Positions 19,411 to 29,579 of a stretch of DNA of 64,000 nucleotides are shown one piece after another. The notes below the pieces were generated by a model. It was given only the letters and a program-made list of their open reading frames with translations, was not told the DNA's origin and made no database searches. The position numbers were made by a program, and so were the translations under genes. The stretch is from an uncultured Clostridia bacterium. GTDB taxonomy: Bacteria > Bacillota > Clostridia > TANB77 > CAG-508. The stretch lies in the NCBI GenBank assembly GCA_963558405.1, contig CAUWGC010000006.1, positions 1 to 64,000 of the forward strand, given 5' to 3'. Positions within the stretch are counted from its first letter, which is position 1. The number at the start of each line of letters is the position of its first letter.

Positions 19411-21135
19411 ATGGCAAAGTCAAAAAATAAATTATATGAGCCAGAAAAAATAGCCAATTTTCAAGAATTAGTAAAGCGCTATTCTTTATTTTCTGATAAA
19501 GTAGCTTTTGAATATAAAATACAACCTAAAGATAAGGAAATAATAAAAATTACTTATAAACAATTTCAAAACGATATTTATAATTTAGGAACAGCACTTT
19601 TAAGTTTAGGATTAGAAGGTAAAAATGTTGCTATTATTGGTTCTAACCGTTATGAATGGTGTACTAGTTATTTAGCTGTTGAAATAGCTAATATGATTGC
19701 TGTTCCACTAGATAAAGCGCTTCCAGATGGTGAAATTGAAAGTTTAATTATTCGTAGCAAAGCTGAAGCTGTAATATTTGATGTTAAATACTTAGATGTT
19801 TTTCAAAAAATAAAAAAAGAAAATTCTAGCTCTCTAAAATACTTTATATGCATGGATTTTAAAGAAGATAGTAAAGAAATTTATTCATATACTCGTTTAC
19901 TTCAATCTGGTAAAAAACTTCTTGACTATGGAGATACACGTTTAGAAAACATAAAAATAGATAATAAAAAAATGGCAGTTATGCTTTTTACATCTGGTAC
20001 TACTTCTATTGCAAAAGCAGTAGAATTATCTCAATTTAATATTTGCGAAAATATTTATGCAATAGGATGTGTTGCTAAAGTTACTTCAGATGATGTATTC
20101 TTATCTTTCTTACCTTTACATCATACTTTTGAATCTACAACTACATTTTTATATGGAACATATTGCGGTATTACAGTAGCCTTTTGTGATGGACTTAGAT
20201 ATGTTGCAGATAATATGAAAGAATATAAAGTAACAGGTATTGTATGTGTTCCTCTTATGTTAGAAGCAATGTACAAGAAAATAGAAAAAGGAATTGAAAA
20301 AAAGGGTAAAACTAAATTAGTGCATATTATGAGTAATATATGCAACATTTTATTAAAAATTGGAATAGATATCCGTAGAACTGTTTTTAAAGATATTTTA
20401 AATGAACTTGGAGGTCACTTGCGTGTTATTGTTTCTGGTGCTGCTCCTATAGACAAAAAAGTAGCACAATTTCTTACTAATTTAGGTATTAATTTATTAC
20501 AAGGTTATGGATTAACAGAAACTTCACCTGTTATTTGTGCTGAAAATGATACATATAAAAAGGCTGGTTCTTGTGGTTTTCCAATGCCAAATGCCGAAAT
20601 AAAAATTGATTCTCCTAATGAACAAGGAATTGGTGAAATAAAGGTAAAAGGTACAAGTGTTATGCTTGGATATCATGATAATATAGAAGCAACTAAAGAA
20701 GTTTTAAAAGATGGATGGTTTTATACTGGTGATTTAGGATATTTTGATAAAGAAGGTCATTTATTTATTACAGGTAGAAAAAAAGATGTTATTGTTTTAA
20801 AAAATGGAAAAAACATATATCCTCAAGAATTAGAAATGTTAATTTCTAAGCTTCCATATGTAGCAGAAAATATGGTTTATGGAAAACCTGATAAAGATAA
20901 TGATTTAAAAATTTGTGCAAAAATAGTATATAACCCAGAACTAATTAAAGAATCTTTTAAAGATGCATCTAAAGAAGATTATCATAATCTTATCTGGAAC
21001 GATATAAAACAAATTAACAAAACAATGCCAGCATATAAATATATAAGAGAAATCATTATAACAGATGAACCTATGATTAAAACAACTACACAAAAAATAA
21101 AAAGACATGAAGAACTAAAAAAACTTTTAAACTAA
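19411..21135 (+). CDS. Long-chain fatty acid--CoA ligase (AMP-binding enzyme)
   Basis: FTSGTTS, QGYGLTETSP, GWFYTGDLG and GRKKD motifs. Confidence 0.9.
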   Translation: MAKSKNKLYEPEKIANFQELVKRYSLFSDKVAFEYKIQPKDKEIIKITYKQFQNDIYNLGTALLSLGLEGKNVAIIGSNRYEWCTSYLAVEIANMIAVPLDKALPDGEIESLIIRSKAEAVIFDVKYLDVFQKIKKENSSSLKYFICMDFKEDSKEIYSYTRLLQSGKKLLDYGDTRLENIKIDNKKMAVMLFTSGTTSIAKAVELSQFNICENIYAIGCVAKVTSDDVFLSFLPLHHTFESTTTFLYGTYCGITVAFCDGLRYVADNMKEYKVTGIVCVPLMLEAMYKKIEKGIEKKGKTKLVHIMSNICNILLKIGIDIRRTVFKDILNELGGHLRVIVSGAAPIDKKVAQFLTNLGINLLQGYGLTETSPVICAENDTYKKAGSCGFPMPNAEIKIDSPNEQGIGEIKVKGTSVMLGYHDNIEATKEVLKDGWFYTGDLGYFDKEGHLFITGRKKDVIVLKNGKNIYPQELEMLISKLPYVAENMVYGKPDKDNDLKICAKIVYNPELIKESFKDASKEDYHNLIWNDIKQINKTMPAYKYIREIIITDEPMIKTTTQKIKRHEELKKLLN

Positions 21136-21166
21136 AAAATAAAGTAGACACTGTCTACTTTATTTT

Positions 21167-22342
21167 TTAACTACAAATATGTTTTCTAGTCATCTCTAGC
21201 AAATTAAGTTTTGTAAAACCTATAATTTGTGTTTTAGAACGATCTTCTTTTAAACTATCTTGTAAAGTTTTAATTACTTCCAATTTATCTTTTTCTTCTT
21301 CCATATCTATATAATCAATAATTATAATTCCACCTATATCACGTAATCTTAATTGTTTTGCAATTTCAACACTTGCTTCTTTATTAACTTTTAAAACAGT
21401 TTGTTCTAATTTATCTTTTCCAACATACTTTCCAGAATTTACATCTATAGCAACTAATGCTTCTGTAGAATCTATTGTAATAAATCCTCCACATCTTAAC
21501 CAAATTTTTCTATCTTTTCTTTTTTCTATTTGGTCAACCAAATCATACATTTCAAGTAAATTTTCTCTTTGTTCTAAAACTACTTGTTCAGATTTTTCCA
21601 TTCTATCTAGTAATACTTTTACTTCTTTATATAGAGTATTATTGTTCACCCAAATTTTCTCTATTTTTTTATCTAAAACATCAATTAAAAAATTTTCTAC
21701 TAACCCTTTTCTTTCGTAAACTTTTGTTGGAACATTTGAAGCTTTATCTATTTTTTCTTTTATTTCATCCCATATTTTTAGTACATCATCTATATCTTTT
21801 TTTATTTCGGATTCATCTTTATTTTCTGCAGAAGTTCTAATAATTGCACCAAATTCTTTTGGTAAATATTTTTTTACTATATTTTTTAATCTATTTCTCT
21901 CCTCTTTATTTTCAATTTTTTGAGATAATGTAATAAATGGAGTATCAGGAAGCAATGCAATAAAACGATTTCCTAAATTAATATGGCAAGAAACTCTTGG
22001 ACCTTTTCTCATTGTTGCATCTCTTTTAATCTGAACTAATACTGTTTGTCCTTGTTTTATATACTTATCAATATTTTCTTTTTTTATATTTTCTATATAT
22101 TCTGTTTCTATAGTAACATCTTTTTTGGGTGCAATATCTTTTAAATGAACAAATGCATTTTTTTCTTCTCCAATATCCACAAAAGCAGCTTGCATTCCCG
22201 GCAAAACTTTTTGCACTTTTCCTAAATATATATTTCCTTCTAGCCTTACTTTTTCTTCATAAAATTCTACTAATTTTCCATTATTACAAAGTAAAACTGT
22301 GTCATTACCTTCTTTACTTCTTTCTATAATAATTTCTTTCAA
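21167..22342 (-). CDS. rng: Ribonuclease G/E family
   Basis: GNIYLGKV..VLPGMQAAFVDIG, AIDVNSG and LRDIGGIIIIDYIDM motifs; TTG start inferred. Confidence 0.92.
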   Translation of the reverse strand: MKEIIIERSKEGNDTVLLCNNGKLVEFYEEKVRLEGNIYLGKVQKVLPGMQAAFVDIGEEKNAFVHLKDIAPKKDVTIETEYIENIKKENIDKYIKQGQTVLVQIKRDATMRKGPRVSCHINLGNRFIALLPDTPFITLSQKIENKEERNRLKNIVKKYLPKEFGAIIRTSAENKDESEIKKDIDDVLKIWDEIKEKIDKASNVPTKVYERKGLVENFLIDVLDKKIEKIWVNNNTLYKEVKVLLDRMEKSEQVVLEQRENLLEMYDLVDQIEKRKDRKIWLRCGGFITIDSTEALVAIDVNSGKYVGKDKLEQTVLKVNKEASVEIAKQLRLRDIGGIIIIDYIDMEEEKDKLEVIKTLQDSLKEDRSKTQIIGFTKLNLLEMTRKHICS

Positions 22343-22355
22343 TTTAATACCCTTT

Positions 22356-22937
22356 CTATTCTTTATTTGTGGCATTTTCCCCATTAAATTTATTCATTGA
22401 TTTATCTATGCCATTTTTTAAAATTTCTACTACTGCTTCTTCTGCCTTATCTATTCCCATTGTTAATTTATTATATTCTTCATCTTCTAATTTTCCAATT
22501 ACATACTCAATCATTTCTGATTTATCGTTAGGACTACCTATTCCTACTCTAATTCTTATAAATTCATCTGAAAGAATCTCATGTACAACAGATTTCATAC
22601 CGTTATGTGTTCCTGGTCCACCTTTTTTTCTAATTCTAATTGTACCTGGCATTGTATCTATATCATCATAAATTACTATTAAATTCTCTGGTGATAATTT
22701 ATAAAAATCTAAAAATGGTTTTATACATTCTCCACTTAAGTTCATATAAGTTTGTGGTTTTAGTAAAATAACCTTTTCATCTTCTATTATACCACTACCG
22801 TATAATCCATTAAATTTTGTCCTTGTTACTTCAATTTCATATTCCTTTGCTATTTTATTAATAACATCAAATCCCATATTGTGTCTAGTATGTGAATATT
22901 CTTCTTCTGGATTTCCTAACCCTACTATTAAATACAT
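22356..22937 (-). CDS. pth: Peptidyl-tRNA hydrolase
   Basis: LIVGLGNP, TRHNMGF, KPQTYMNLSG and HNGMKS motifs. Confidence 0.97.
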   Translation of the reverse strand: MYLIVGLGNPEEEYSHTRHNMGFDVINKIAKEYEIEVTRTKFNGLYGSGIIEDEKVILLKPQTYMNLSGECIKPFLDFYKLSPENLIVIYDDIDTMPGTIRIRKKGGPGTHNGMKSVVHEILSDEFIRIRVGIGSPNDKSEMIEYVIGKLEDEEYNKLTMGIDKAEEAVVEILKNGIDKSMNKFNGENATNKE

Positions 22938-23072
22938 TTATGTCATCACCTTTTCTTATTTATCTTACTTATTTTACAATGTTTATTTTGTTTTTGCAAG
23001 TCTATTTTAACAATAAGAAAAAACGTAATTGAAAATTAAAATTCAATTACGTTTTTTATAATTTAATAATTT

Positions 23073-23348
23073 TTATTTAGCTTCAGCTTTTTCCTCTACA
23101 GGATATACACTTACTTTCTTTTTATCTCTTCCTAGTCTTTCAAATTTAACTGTACCATCTACTAATGCATATAGAGTATCATCACTACCGATATCTACAT
23201 TGGTTCCTGGATGGATTTTTGTTCCTCTTTGTCTTACTAGGATATTTCCTGCTAATACAAATTGTCCATCAGCTCTTTTTACTCCAAGACGTTTTGACTC
23301 ACTGTCTCTACCGTTCTTAGAACTACTTTGTCCTTTTTTATGAGCCAT
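23073..23348 (-). CDS. rpmA: 50S ribosomal protein L27
   Basis: [16 protein letters not shown]...RQRGT. Confidence 0.98.
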   Translation of the reverse strand: MAHKKGQSSSKNGRDSESKRLGVKRADGQFVLAGNILVRQRGTKIHPGTNVDIGSDDTLYALVDGTVKFERLGRDKKKVSVYPVEEKAEAK

Positions 23349-23377
23349 TCTTTTTCACTCCTTTCGATATCTCTTTG

Positions 23378-23743
23378 TTATTCAGCAACTTTTTCTGCTA
23401 CTTTTTCAGTTTTTTCTGCTTTTTTAGCAGCTGGTAACTTAATAGCTTTAATCTCTACTTTTGTATATGGTTGTCTATGACCTTGTTTTCTTCTATAATT
23501 CTTTTTAGCCTTATATTTGTAAACAATGATTTTTTTACCTTTGCCATGAGCTACTACAGTTCCTTCTACTTTAACACCTTTTACATAAGGAGCTCCAACT
23601 TCGATTTTTTCTCCGTTAGCAACTAATATTACTTTATCAAAAGTAACTTTTTTTCCTTCTTCTGTATCTAGTTTTTCAAAGAAAACTACATCACCTTCAG
23701 TAACTTTATATTGTTTACCACAGCTTTCGATTATTGCGTACAT
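23378..23743 (-). CDS. rplU: 50S ribosomal protein L21
   Basis: [14 protein letters not shown]...GHRQPYT. Confidence 0.98.
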   Translation of the reverse strand: MYAIIESCGKQYKVTEGDVVFFEKLDTEEGKKVTFDKVILVANGEKIEVGAPYVKGVKVEGTVVAHGKGKKIIVYKYKAKKNYRRKQGHRQPYTKVEIKAIKLPAAKKAEKTEKVAEKVAE

Positions 23744-23749
23744 CTATTG

Positions 23750-23841
23750 TACACCTCCCTTATATGTATACTCGCTAATCCAAAATCTAAGGTAGTTAGT
23801 ATATCTAACATTTAGGTACCACGACTAAGCGGATTACAGGT
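23750..23841 (-). ncRNA. Probable L21 leader cis-regulatory RNA
   Basis: Structured, relatively GC-rich 5' UTR between the promoter and the rplU SD; position matches the known Firmicute L21 leader (not verified by covariance model). Confidence 0.5.
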
Positions 23842-23845
23842 ATAT

Positions 23846-23874
23846 ATTCTACCATACTATATGATTATTGTCAA
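23846..23874 (-). promoter_or_regulatory. SigA promoter of rplU-rpmA
   Basis: TTGACA-N17-TAGAAT with TG extension. Confidence 0.7.
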
Positions 23875-23894
23875 CCCTTTGAAGATATAGACAT

Positions 23895-25136
23895 TTACAT
23901 TTTCCAATATTCTTCATACAATTTTTTTGCTGTTTCTGGACTGTCTTTTCCTTCTGCATTTTTTACCGGTGCAAAATTTTCTTCTCTTTTATCTCTTAAT
24001 ATAGAAATATCATTTACTAATTCAAAACTATCAAACATAAAGCTTTCAAATTTAAATGCATTAGGTTCTGTTACTTTTACTAAATTTCCATTATCATCTA
24101 AATAATTTGCTTTTTTATATGCTTTATGATATGGTAATTTTTTTTCTGCTATTTTCTTTAATAAATCTAAGCTAAATAAATTACATATAATATTACTGTC
24201 TCCAAATAGTAATTCTCCATTTTTATCTACCGCTTCTGCCATATTACCTGGAAATTCTGTATATTCTATAATAGCAGGTTTTCCATTCTTTTTGCAATAT
24301 ACTCCTACTTTTTCTGATGGATATGCTTTTTTAGTAGATTTTGCACCAATTAAATTGTTTTGGGCAATAGTAATTCCTATTACCATTGGATCTGCCATTT
24401 GTAATAAAACATTATCTACTCCACCAATAAATACCCATTTTGTCCCTTCTTTTTCCATTTTTTCTAATAAGTTATGTTTTTTCAATGATTCAAATATTCC
24501 ACCATTTCCATCTGATGCTTCTTTTATATTTCCGTTTTCATCTAATAATAATTTTCCTTGTTCACTAATTAAAGGAAGTTCACCTTGTGCAAAAAATGTT
24601 ATTTTTTCCTTTGGATAATCAAAATAATTTTTTTCTTCAAAAAAATCTACTGTTTCTTGATTATTTTCTCTACTTGTCATAACATACCAAGGAATTACTG
24701 TATTATATTTTTCATTTGCTAATTTTAAATTATCTGCTAATATTTCAAATAAATATTTTCCGTTTTTACCTACTTGTAATTTAAATTTTCCTTTTGGTCC
24801 ATTACATCCAAGTCTTGTTCCTTGTCCCCCAGCCATTGTTGCTACTGCATACTCTCCATTTTTTATAATTTCTTCGCCTAATTTTATATATTTTTCTTTT
24901 TCTTCTTTGTTTATACTTTCTTTATTTATAGATTTTACTGGCTCTATTTTTACATTTTTAAATTCCACAGGTTCTAATGCTTTTCTATATAAATTCATTA
25001 TTTCTTCAATGTCAATTCTTAATATTTGTTCTTCTAACTCTTTTCTTTTTTCTTCTGTACATGTTGATAAATAGGATAAGATATGCTCTTGATTATATTC
25101 TTTTAATTTTTTTTCTGCCATTTCTTTATTTCCCAT
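23895..25136 (-). CDS. UDPGP-family nucleotidyltransferase, UDP-GlcNAc pyrophosphorylase (UAP)-like
   Basis: MAGGQGTRLG..GPKG, DGNGG, VDN, KFESFMFD and FAPVKN motifs. Confidence 0.85.
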   Translation of the reverse strand: MGNKEMAEKKLKEYNQEHILSYLSTCTEEKRKELEEQILRIDIEEIMNLYRKALEPVEFKNVKIEPVKSINKESINKEEKEKYIKLGEEIIKNGEYAVATMAGGQGTRLGCNGPKGKFKLQVGKNGKYLFEILADNLKLANEKYNTVIPWYVMTSRENNQETVDFFEEKNYFDYPKEKITFFAQGELPLISEQGKLLLDENGNIKEASDGNGGIFESLKKHNLLEKMEKEGTKWVFIGGVDNVLLQMADPMVIGITIAQNNLIGAKSTKKAYPSEKVGVYCKKNGKPAIIEYTEFPGNMAEAVDKNGELLFGDSNIICNLFSLDLLKKIAEKKLPYHKAYKKANYLDDNGNLVKVTEPNAFKFESFMFDSFELVNDISILRDKREENFAPVKNAEGKDSPETAKKLYEEYWKM

Positions 25137-25290
25137 TTGCTTTCAACCCCTCTACTAAAATTTATCGTTTGTATTTTACCATATCTGAAAAAAAAAAGCA
25201 ATTTTTAAAATTTAAGGAATATTATCACTAACTTTTAATATACATTAATTAAAGTGATGTACAAACATTTTTTAAGGGGGTAAATAATAA

Positions 25291-26769
25291 ATGGAAACTT
25301 TAAATCTTTATCAAGATATAGCAAAACGAACTGATGGTGACATTTATGTTGGGGTGGTTGGGCCTGTTAGAACAGGAAAGTCTACTTTTATTAAAAACTT
25401 TATGGATTTATTAGTCATTCCTAATATTGAAAATGATTACAAAAAAGAAAGAGCTAAAGATGAACTTCCACAAAGTGCAGCTGGTAGAACAATTATGACA
25501 ACAGAACCAAAATTTGTTCCAAATGAAGCTGTATCCATTACAGTTGGAGAAAATCTAAATTTAAAAGTTAGATTAGTTGATTGTGTAGGCTATCTTGTTA
25601 ATAATGCTATTGGTTATTTAGAAGATGATATGCCAAGGATGGTAAAAACGCCTTGGTTTGAGGAAGAAATTCCTTTTGAACAAGCAGCAGAAATAGGTAC
25701 TAAAAAAGTAATTGAGGAACATTCTACCATTGGTGTATTAATTACAACAGATGGATCCATTACAGATATTCCAAGAGAAGACTACATAGAAGCAGAACAA
25801 AGAGTTGTAAAAGAATTAAAAGAACTTAATAAACCTTTTGTAATAGTTCTAAATTCTGAAAATCCTAATTCTGATTATACAAAACAATTAGCTAAAAAAC
25901 TAGAAGAAAAATATGCTACTTATGTTATTCCTACTAATTGCTCAAATCTTTGTATGAATGATATTGAAGAAATTTTTGGAAAGATGTTATATGAATTTCC
26001 TATTGATAGAATAAATGTTAATTTTCCTAAATGGGTAGACAGTTTAAATGATGAACATTGGTTAAAACAAGAATTGTATAACGAAATAAAAGAATCTTTT
26101 TCTAATATTAAGGTTTTAAAAGAAGTCAACTCTTGCCTTGCTGGTATCCAACAAACAGAAGTAATTGAAAAAAGTATTATAGAAGAAATTTCCTTAGGAA
26201 CTGGAGCTGTTACTTTATCTGTAGTTTTAAAAGATAATTTATTCTATCAAATCTTAACCGAAATTTCTGGGGTAGAAATTTCTAATGAAGGTGATTTATT
26301 TTCTACAATTACAAATCTTGCTATTGCAAAAAAAGAATATGATAAAATTGCATATGCTATGGAAGAAGTAAAAGCTAAAGGATATGGAATTGTTACTCCT
26401 ACAATGGATGAACTTATTTTAGATGAACCCCAAATGGTAAAACAAGGATCACGCTTTGGTGTAAAATTAAAGGCAAAAGCACCATCTATACATATGATAA
26501 GAGCAGATATTGAAACAGAAGTATCTCCTATTGTTGGATCTGAAAAGCAATCAGAAGAATTAGTAAATTATTTGTTATCTGAATTTGAGTCTGATCCAAA
26601 GAAAATTTGGGAATCAAATATTTTTGGAAAAAGTTTACACGCTCTTGTAAACGAAGGTCTACAAAACAAGTTGTGTAAAATGCCAGAGGATGCTCAAGAA
26701 AAATTAAGAGAAACCTTAGAAAGAATTGTAAATGAAGGAAGTGGCGGTTTAATTTGCATTATTCTTTAA
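25291..26769 (+). CDS. spoIVA: Stage IV sporulation protein A
   Basis: GVVGPVRTGKSTFIK, TTEPKFVP, C-terminal GSGGLICIIL; 492 aa. Confidence 0.98.
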   Translation: METLNLYQDIAKRTDGDIYVGVVGPVRTGKSTFIKNFMDLLVIPNIENDYKKERAKDELPQSAAGRTIMTTEPKFVPNEAVSITVGENLNLKVRLVDCVGYLVNNAIGYLEDDMPRMVKTPWFEEEIPFEQAAEIGTKKVIEEHSTIGVLITTDGSITDIPREDYIEAEQRVVKELKELNKPFVIVLNSENPNSDYTKQLAKKLEEKYATYVIPTNCSNLCMNDIEEIFGKMLYEFPIDRINVNFPKWVDSLNDEHWLKQELYNEIKESFSNIKVLKEVNSCLAGIQQTEVIEKSIIEEISLGTGAVTLSVVLKDNLFYQILTEISGVEISNEGDLFSTITNLAIAKKEYDKIAYAMEEVKAKGYGIVTPTMDELILDEPQMVKQGSRFGVKLKAKAPSIHMIRADIETEVSPIVGSEKQSEELVNYLLSEFESDPKKIWESNIFGKSLHALVNEGLQNKLCKMPEDAQEKLRETLERIVNEGSGGLICIIL

Positions 26770-26985
26770 ATTTTATTTTGCTTTGTGATCATTAAAATTA
26801 TTTTAGAATGATGGAGGGTGTCTTGTAAATATCCCCTTCATCATTCATTAACTATTATTAAATAATGATTTTATAATTTAAAATATGGCTTGCATTAATA
26901 ATTTGATTTATTTTCATATTATATTTCATAAATTTCCTCAGCTATTCCATATGTTTTGCCTCCATCAGGCTCTTGCGTTTCAACA

Positions 26986-27504
26986 CTAGTACAAATAATC
27001 ATGTATTTTATCTCTAAAACCAATTACAATATCTGCTCCTCTATAGGCGGTTTTTCCAGCAAGTCCATTAACATTATTATCTTTTGAACCATAACAACTT
27101 GTATATAAAACCAATATAGTATCTGCATCCCAATGTACATCATCTGTTCCTATATGATCTATTCCAATCCAATTCTGACTTGCACCAGCTAGGATACCTG
27201 TATCAGCAAATGTAATTCTATCCCAATCACCATGTGATAAAAATATTTGTACATCTGCATATAAATTTTCCCATAATGTTTGTTTTGAAGGGTCTATATT
27301 TCCTCCAGTTCTATAGCCAGCTTTTCCCATAAAATATCTAGTATCGCTTATTGTTTGATTAGCTATGTTTTGCTTTGTTGTATAGGATGATGCTGAATAT
27401 GCATAATTATCTCTTGCGTATATTTTATAATTCAAACTAGCTATCAATATACTAAGCATTAGCAACATAATGATTAAGACATACACAATTTTTCTCAATT
27501 TCAT
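26986..27504 (-). CDS. Secreted hypothetical protein, possibly C-terminally truncated
   Basis: GGAGG SD and signal peptide; abrupt end overlapped by a protein-like tail in another frame. Confidence 0.6.
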   Translation of the reverse strand: MKLRKIVYVLIIMLLMLSILIASLNYKIYARDNYAYSASSYTTKQNIANQTISDTRYFMGKAGYRTGGNIDPSKQTLWENLYADVQIFLSHGDWDRITFADTGILAGASQNWIGIDHIGTDDVHWDADTILVLYTSCYGSKDNNVNGLAGKTAYRGADIVIGFRDKIHDYLY

Positions 27505-27554
27505 AAAATACCTCCTCCTATAATATATTTATATCAAATTATTAATGCTCTACA

Positions 27555-28052
27555 TTATAAATCATTAATGTTTAATTTTTCATTTCCTATATAAACATTT
27601 CTATTTCCGTCAAAACTATTCATCTTAATAATAGATAGTGCTTTATATTTGTACTGTACACTTCCTCCATCTAAAAAGGTATGTTTAGATGCTATTTCAT
27701 TTTTGTAGTCATTTTCTGCTTGTTCTATTACTTCATCTATTGTAATAGTCTTATTTATTAAACTATTTCTTAACTCAATCTCTTTTCCTTTATAATTTAT
27801 GTAAAATTCTTCGTTCCCCAAAAATATTATATCGAACTTTTCTAAATCTATTACATAGCTTATCGATTCATTCGTCTCTTTTATCTCATTTCCTTCTGAT
27901 GAATAAGTATAGATTTCAGATATTTGGTTGGTTTGCAATGAAGTATTTGTTACTTCTTTTTTACCAAATTCATTATACCCAATTTCTACTCCAATCAAAA
28001 TTAAGATTACTATAAAAAAGATACTTAAAATAATTTTCTTATTTTTTTTCAT
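27555..28052 (-). CDS. Hypothetical membrane-anchored protein
   Basis: SD, N-terminal TM, 165 aa ORF in operon with an ECF sigma factor. Confidence 0.7.
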   Translation of the reverse strand: MKKNKKIILSIFFIVILILIGVEIGYNEFGKKEVTNTSLQTNQISEIYTYSSEGNEIKETNESISYVIDLEKFDIIFLGNEEFYINYKGKEIELRNSLINKTITIDEVIEQAENDYKNEIASKHTFLDGGSVQYKYKALSIIKMNSFDGNRNVYIGNEKLNINDL

Positions 28053-28105
28053 AATTTTTTCCTCCCTTTTTATATAGAAAAATAAATTTACTTTTTTCTA
28101 CTTTC

Positions 28106-28861
28106 TTATTTTTTATTAGACAATTTTACTTTAAGTTTTTGTTGACTTTTTTTAAAAATTTTGTAATAAATAATTGAACTAATAATACATACTATTGTGA
28201 TAATAAATAATATCATAGATAATATTGTAAATTTATATTCATGCTTCCATATTATATTTGATTCTCCCAAAGTATTTTGTGAGGAATTCACTGTTTCGCA
28301 TTTTATACTACTTACCCCCATAAATAGTGCAACAACTCCTAACATTGATAAATCTATTGATTTTTTTAGTACTTCTATTGATCTATAATATTTCCATTGA
28401 ACAGTTCCTATTGGTATATTCAGACATTTTGATATTTCCTTAAATGTAAAATCCGCAAAAATTTTTAGTGAAACAATTTCTTTTTCCGTACTATTTAATT
28501 TATCAAAAATTTTATTGTATGTTTCTATAAATTCAATATCGGAAAATTTAGTTTCTGCCATACTTATTTCATATAGCTCTTCAACATTTATATTTTTTTG
28601 TGTCTTTTTAAGAAAGTTTAATGCTTCATTTTTTACAACTGTATATATCCAGCTAACTTCATTGTGACTTGGTAATTGTTCTTTTTTCATTTTCATTAAT
28701 TTCAACATTACATTTTGTTGTATATCCTTACTATCTTCAGAATTTTTTACAATAGAATATGCTATTTTAAAAATCATTCCCTTACAAATATAATATAACT
28801 CTTCATAATCTTCTTTTCCTTCCTTTAATTTCAATATTATTTTATGTAACTCTTTTTCCAT
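28106..28861 (-). CDS. ECF sigma-70 factor with C-terminal transmembrane extension
   Basis: Region 2 (DSKDIQQNVMLK, SWIYTVVKNEALN) and region 4 (TFKEISKCLNIPIGTVQWKY), then two hydrophobic segments. Confidence 0.85.
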   Translation of the reverse strand: MEKELHKIILKLKEGKEDYEELYYICKGMIFKIAYSIVKNSEDSKDIQQNVMLKLMKMKKEQLPSHNEVSWIYTVVKNEALNFLKKTQKNINVEELYEISMAETKFSDIEFIETYNKIFDKLNSTEKEIVSLKIFADFTFKEISKCLNIPIGTVQWKYYRSIEVLKKSIDLSMLGVVALFMGVSSIKCETVNSSQNTLGESNIIWKHEYKFTILSMILFIITIVCIISSIIYYKIFKKSQQKLKVKLSNKK

Positions 28862-28961
28862 TTTTCTTCCTTTTCCCCCTTTTTTATTATATTATACTTC
28901 ATCCTATTTCTTCCGTATATAGAAAAAAAGAGGTTTTAACACCTCTTTTTTTATTTTATAT

Positions 28962-29234
28962 TTATTCTGCTGAACCTTCTGCTTCTGGAGCTTCATAAGC
29001 TTCTAGAATAGCTTTTTGAATTTTTTCTCTTGTCTCAGCATTGATTGGATGAGCTATATCCTTGAATTCTCCGTTTGGAGTTTTTCTGCTTGGCATAGCA
29101 ATAAATAATCCATTTTGACTTTCGATAACTTTGATATCATGAATTACGAATTCATTATCGAATGTCACAGAAGCAACAGCTTTCATTCTGTTCTCTGAAT
29201 TTACTTTTCTTAAACGTACATCTGTTATTTGCAT
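28962..29234 (-). CDS. spoVG: Septation regulator SpoVG
   Basis: [10 protein letters not shown]...[21 protein letters not shown]. Confidence 0.98.
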   Translation of the reverse strand: MQITDVRLRKVNSENRMKAVASVTFDNEFVIHDIKVIESQNGLFIAMPSRKTPNGEFKDIAHPINAETREKIQKAILEAYEAPEAEGSAE

Positions 29235-29579
29235 CTTAGTGCACCGCCTTCCAAAGTTTTATAATTTTTATTGTACATGTTTTTCTTATGTACAATAATA
29301 TTATTCTCCAAAAAAACTTATTTTCCTTCTATTTTTTACAAAAATTTAAAATTTATTTTTTCGTTTTATTTTAATTGAATTTTTTTCACATATCCTGTGT
29401 ATAATACATATGATAATATATAGTAATATTTTATATTTAATTACTTTTGATATACAATAAATAGCAAAATAATATTGAAATATTTATAATATAAGTATAT
29501 AATCTTTAGAGTCATTATTAACATTGATTATATAGATTAAACATTTTATTTTTATAAATTAGGAAGGACGTGCACTATC

